Source: an uncultured delta proteobacterium (GTDB taxonomy: Bacteria; Desulfobacterota; Binatia; UBA9968). From it: 64,000 bases of DNA. Under the pieces are notes generated by a model, which was not told where the DNA came from, did not search any database, and worked only from the letters and a program-made list of their open reading frames with translations. The stretch is taken from the NCBI GenBank assembly GCA_963755715.1, contig CAVWLW010000045.1, forward strand, positions 32,001 to 96,000, written 5' to 3'. A program made the position numbers and the translations under genes. Shown here in pieces: positions 59,986-64,000 of this stretch (position 1 is its first letter; each line of letters starts with the position of its first letter).

Positions 59986-61071
59986 ATGATGCGTTGGTTG
60001 TGCTTTGCAATTGTCCTGTTGGCGGCGCCGGTGTGCGCCCAGTCCGTGCCCGTGATTCCATATGAGTCGGTGCCCAATGCCGTGCGCCTGCCGCCGAATA
60101 TGTATTTGGGTGAAGTCGCCGGCGTGGCGGTGAACTCGAAAAAACACGTTTTTGTCTATTCGCGCGGCAACACGAGCGGTCCGGCTTTTGGCGCATCGGC
60201 CTCGCAGCTTTTGGAGTTCGCGCCCGATGGCCGGTATCTCCGTGAGATCGGTCGAAATCTTTATGCCTGGGCATTTGCGCACACGGTCAGGATCGATAAG
60301 CAAGACAACATCTGGGCCACCGATAAAGGTTCCGACATGGTGGTGAAGTTCACGCCGGATGGGCGGGTCGACATGGTCTTCGGCCGCAAGCAGGAAGCTT
60401 CCGATGAAGCCGCGCCGCACAAACGTTCGGGCCCGCCGCCGAAACATGAAGACGGCCGTTTCCGCCAGCCGACGGACGTTACGTGGGACCCGGCGGGGAA
60501 TACTTTCATCAGCGACGGTTATGTCAACGCGCGGGTCGCTAAAGTCGATAAGAACGGCAACTGGCTAAAGTCCTGGGGCGAGCGCGGCGACAAGCCGGGA
60601 GAGTTCAACACGCCGCACTCCATCGCCGCCGATGCGCAAGGAAATATCTACGTCGGCGATCGCGGCAACGGCAGGATTCAAGTTTTCGACGGCGATGGGA
60701 AATTTTTGCGCGAGATCAAGATCGATGTGCCCTTCGATCGAAATGCCGCGCGTGCCGCCATCGGCAACAAGCCGCCCGAGGATGTTAAAGGCACACAGGC
60801 GCCGGGTGCGCCTTGGGCGATCTGTATCACGCCGGGACCGAGGCAGATTCTCTACAGCGCGGATGCTTATCCCGGGCGCATCTACAAGTTGACTCTGGAA
60901 GGCACGCTGCTTGGCGTGCTCGGCGAAGCCGGCAAACAGCTCAAACAGTTCGGCTGGATTCACGAGATGGCCTGCCCGTCGGAAAACGAGCTCTACGTCG
61001 CCGAAGTGTTAAATTGGCGCGTGCAGAAATTGATTCTTCGCCCCGGCCAGGAAACCGCCATGGTGCGCTAA
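59986..61071 (+). CDS. NHL-repeat protein, peptidyl-alpha-hydroxyglycine lyase (PAL)-like
   Basis: Signal peptide; FAHTVRID, FRQPTDV, SDGY.NARV, FNTPHSI, DRGNGRIQVFD. Confidence 0.85.
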   Translation: MMRWLCFAIVLLAAPVCAQSVPVIPYESVPNAVRLPPNMYLGEVAGVAVNSKKHVFVYSRGNTSGPAFGASASQLLEFAPDGRYLREIGRNLYAWAFAHTVRIDKQDNIWATDKGSDMVVKFTPDGRVDMVFGRKQEASDEAAPHKRSGPPPKHEDGRFRQPTDVTWDPAGNTFISDGYVNARVAKVDKNGNWLKSWGERGDKPGEFNTPHSIAADAQGNIYVGDRGNGRIQVFDGDGKFLREIKIDVPFDRNAARAAIGNKPPEDVKGTQAPGAPWAICITPGPRQILYSADAYPGRIYKLTLEGTLLGVLGEAGKQLKQFGWIHEMACPSENELYVAEVLNWRVQKLILRPGQETAMVR

Positions 61072-61243
61072 GGCGTGGTTCCATCGGTGACTTTGTAGTC
61101 GGTCGAGCCAAAATATTTCGCCGCGATCTCAACGCATTGAGCGTCGAGGCCCAGCATCTCGACGTGACGACCTTGGTTTCGGCGAGCTTTCGGAGTGTGC
61201 CGTGGCATAAGCACTGGCGCGGAATGGAACCTAACCTTTACCC

Positions 61244-62425
61244 ATGAGAATTTTTCTTAGCTATCCGTGGCAGGACCGCGAGCAGGCGAAATCGATTTAC
61301 TTGGCCCTCGCCGATCAGGGACATCGGGTTTTCTTCGACCGCACCGATCTGCCGGCCGGCGATGAGTATCATAATCGCATCCGCGCGGCGATCGAGAATT
61401 CTCATCTAGTCATCTTTTTAATCAGCCCGGATGCGATCGATGCCGAGAGCTACACGCTGACCGAAGTGGAGATCGCCGTAAAGGCGCGCGTGAAATTGCT
61501 GCCGGTGATGCTCCGCGATACCGATATCGCGAAGCTACCGGCAGCGGTGCAAGCGGTGACGATTTACCGCCCCGACGGCAATGTTGCGGCAAGCGTCGCC
61601 GCGGAGGTCCACCGCATCGCCGGCGCGTTCAAGCGCCAACGGCTCAAACGATTCAGCGCCGCGCTGTTGGCGGTGGCCCTGATCGTCGCTGGGTTCGTTT
61701 ACGTGCTCAATGCCCGCAACAGGCAGGGACTCATCGGCAAGGATGGCGCGCCGGCGATTTTGATTCCGGCCGGCAGCTTTATCATGGGCGACGACGAGAG
61801 CTCGCCGCGGCGCGAGCTCTTTGTCGATGCTTTCTATATGGACAAGTTTGAAATCACGGTGGCACGTTACGCGAAGTTTCTGCAAGCGACGGGCAACGTC
61901 AAAACACCCGAGGAATGGGATACGGTCAATGTTCAGAACGACGGGGAATTTCCCGTGGTCGGCGTCGACTGGCAGGATGCCGACAGCTATTGCCGGTGGG
62001 CGGGAAAGCGTTTACCCACCGAGGCAGAGTGGGAAAAGGCCGCGCGCGGAGCCGATGAGCGAAAGTATCCGTGGGGCAACGATCCACCTTCTGCGGAGCG
62101 GGCGCGATTCGCCAAGCCCTACCAGAACCCGGTCTACAAGGATGGCATCGCGCCGGTCGGTTCCTATGCCAAAGGCGCGAGCTCGTTTGGTGTTTTTGAT
62201 TTGGCGGGCAACGCATCCGAATGGGTCGCCGACTGGTATTCCGAAAGTTTTCAGCGCGCCGAGGCGCGCAACCCCAAAGGGCCGGAAGGCGGCACAGGGA
62301 AGGTGCTCCGCGGTGGCGGTTGGTATGACCCCGCGGAGCGGATCACGGCGACTCGACGCATGTATGCGAGTCCGGCCAATCGCGCCGACGACATCGGATT
62401 TCGCTGTGCCCGGGACTTAAAGTAG
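61244..62425 (+). CDS. TIR domain - transmembrane helix - FGE-sulfatase (CLec-fold) domain protein
   Basis: TIR: IFLSY, VFFDR, IFLISP, YTLTE. TM: ALLAVALIVAGFVYVL. FGE: IPAGSF.MG, RLPTEAEWEKAARG, DLAGN.SEW, VLRGGGW, IGFRCAR. Confidence 0.9.
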   Translation: MRIFLSYPWQDREQAKSIYLALADQGHRVFFDRTDLPAGDEYHNRIRAAIENSHLVIFLISPDAIDAESYTLTEVEIAVKARVKLLPVMLRDTDIAKLPAAVQAVTIYRPDGNVAASVAAEVHRIAGAFKRQRLKRFSAALLAVALIVAGFVYVLNARNRQGLIGKDGAPAILIPAGSFIMGDDESSPRRELFVDAFYMDKFEITVARYAKFLQATGNVKTPEEWDTVNVQNDGEFPVVGVDWQDADSYCRWAGKRLPTEAEWEKAARGADERKYPWGNDPPSAERARFAKPYQNPVYKDGIAPVGSYAKGASSFGVFDLAGNASEWVADWYSESFQRAEARNPKGPEGGTGKVLRGGGWYDPAERITATRRMYASPANRADDIGFRCARDLK

Positions 62426-62438
62426 CGGGAGCGAAAAT

Positions 62439-62867
62439 ATGGCGGACTTTACGATTCATCCCCAGTTGCTTGCCGACTGCCACTACATCGGTAAGCTCCG
62501 CCTCTGTCATGTTTTACTGCACTCAAATGCGGTCTTGCCTTGGTTTATTCTCGTGCCCGAGACTGAAGTTTCAGATTTGCTGGATTTGTCAGACGATCTG
62601 CGCCGCATGGCTGTCGATGAGGCGGCGGTGCTGGCCCGTTTCATAAAAACCACGCTCGGCTATCACAAAATAAATTTTGCCAGCATCGGCAATGTCGTGC
62701 CGCAGCTTCATCTACACGTTGTCGGTCGGAGCAACGGCGATCCGTGTTGGCCGGCGCCGGTGTGGGGAAATCTGCATGCTACGCGAGAATATTCCAGCGC
62801 CGAGCTTGACCGCCTAACGGAATTGCTGGCGCGCGAGTGTTCGCTTCATGCGCTGGAGCGGAGATAA
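62439..62867 (+). CDS. HIT family nucleotide hydrolase
   Basis: PWFILVP, KINFASIGNVVPQLHLHVVGR, DPCWPAPVWG. Confidence 0.9.
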   Translation: MADFTIHPQLLADCHYIGKLRLCHVLLHSNAVLPWFILVPETEVSDLLDLSDDLRRMAVDEAAVLARFIKTTLGYHKINFASIGNVVPQLHLHVVGRSNGDPCWPAPVWGNLHATREYSSAELDRLTELLARECSLHALERR

Positions 62868-62924
62868 AATCTGTGCGGAACCAGTTCGATTGAGCGTGAA
62901 CAAACGAAATGGCGGAAGGCAAAA

Positions 62925-63522
62925 CTAGCGCGGCGCGACAAGCGCCGCGGTGACAAAAGCTTCGACGAGGGCCGCGACGAATAACAAAGGCAGAATCACG
63001 CTGCAGAAGTAGCGCAGGCCAGAGGCCAGCTCCGCGCCGATTTTTCTATCGGTTTTACCGGTGAGGCGCTTCAGCGCTTGAATTCCGATCGCCAAGCCGA
63101 TGCTGGTGCCGAGAAGGACCGCGGGAAGCTCGAGAACGCCGTGCGGTAGGAGGCTCAAGAGCGAAAGCCACGGTCCCCGCGCGCTAACGGAGAGCGACCA
63201 GGCGACGCCGAGACCGATGCCGTTCGCCAGCAGAAAAAACGCGGGAATGATACCGAACAACACTCCGAGTAAAATCGCCAGCAGGGTTTTGAGCGTGTTG
63301 TTGACAAAAATCGCCGCGGCGAGCTTCAGCCGCGGCATGCCAGCGAAGGTTTTTACAAACGCCGCGATGGCGTCCTCGAAATGATCCGCGAGGCCGGGAA
63401 AATAAGACTACGACCATCAAACCGATCGCGATGCCGGCGCCAAACAAGATCAAACTCGTGATCATGTAAGGCCGGAGCCGACTTAGGTAAGCGCGCCGTT
63501 CTTGACGTGGCATGATGATCAT
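62925..63522 (-). CDS. Stage II sporulation protein M (SpoIIM)-like membrane protein (frameshift ~63405)
   Basis: IFVNN, NG..LG, LPHGVLELPA, AALVEAFVT. Confidence 0.8.
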
Positions 63523-63623
63523 CGTGGTCCTCTGTTTGAGGGTAACAGATGATTCTTCCGACGGATATGGCGCTTGAGACAAACTATGATATTGAATCTC
63601 AGGGTCGTTAACGTGGAGGGTTG

Positions 63624-64000
63624 ATGAAGATTAAACTGATTCGTTCTCAAGTCGTGCGCGTGCCGCTCGAAGAACCGCTTGCCGGCGGGCCGGCGTATTT
63701 TCGCTCGCACAATCAGTTTGTCATACTTCGGGTCGAGACGGACGACGGCATCGAAGGGATCGGCGTAAGCTTTTTCGGCGGTGCGCTCAGCGCGACGCTA
63801 AAAAAGGCCATTGATCAGCTCGGCGAATTGATGGTTGGCGAAGATCCGCTGCGCATCGACGCGCTCACACACAAGCTGCGCACGGCGGCGGCAAGCGCGG
63901 GTCCGGGCGGGATCCTCACGCTGGCGATCTCGGCCATCGACATGGCGCTGTGGGACATCAAGGGCAAATACTTCGGCCAATCGCTTGGCGCCATGCTCGG
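63624..64000 (+). CDS. Mandelate racemase/muconate lactonising enzyme family (runs off window end; absent from the ORF track)
   Basis: Hand translation gives MKIK...LRVETDDGIEGIG...GEDP...AISAIDMALWDIKGK; RBS GGAGG. Confidence 0.9.
   Translation, partial: MKIKLIRSQVVRVPLEEPLAGGPAYFRSHNQFVILRVETDDGIEGIGVSFFGGALSATLKKAIDQLGELMVGEDPLRIDALTHKLRTAAASAGPGGILTLAISAIDMALWDIKGKYFGQSLGAML

Noticed and set aside
62290-62425. FGE/CLec C-terminus as a diversity-generating retroelement variable region
   Set aside because: No reverse transcriptase and no second near-identical template repeat visible in the window. A remote DGR cannot be excluded.
1-64000. CRISPR array, prophage, integrase or IS transposase
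   Set aside because: No regularly spaced direct repeats and no ORF with recognisable phage, recombinase or transposase motifs.

Overview
Bacterial chromosomal segment, moderately GC-rich, with no rRNA, tRNA, CRISPR array, integrase or transposase that I can recognise. The gene content strongly resembles Candidatus Binatota/Binatia, formerly 'Deltaproteobacteria' (inference): 7 amidohydrolase_2 genes, 6 NMT1/SsuA-type solute-binding proteins (SBPs) with no permease or ATPase, OCD/mu-crystallin paralogues, a Rieske oxygenase, an F420-type LLM and a TPP enzyme. Housekeeping genes are recQ, alaC-hom-apgM-glpX, dus and maf. A 4Fe-4S/NrfD fusion lies upstream of a molybdopterin catalytic subunit. 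About a dozen single-base frameshifts break otherwise intact genes and look like consensus artefacts from a mixed-strain assembly. Two patches (about 14.8-18.3 kb and 55.1-58.8 kb) hold gene relics and three members of an unannotated ~160-aa family with an internally duplicated 'LRxIGxxL[ED]' motif. The best leads are that family, a receptor-like TIR-TM-FGE/CLec protein followed by a HIT hydrolase, a CTP-synthase-related glutaminase relic with UGA at the catalytic Cys plus a SECIS-like hairpin, and a CADD-type diiron oxidase inside an orphan-SBP/amidohydrolase cluster. All calls are by-eye motif recognition; no searches were run.
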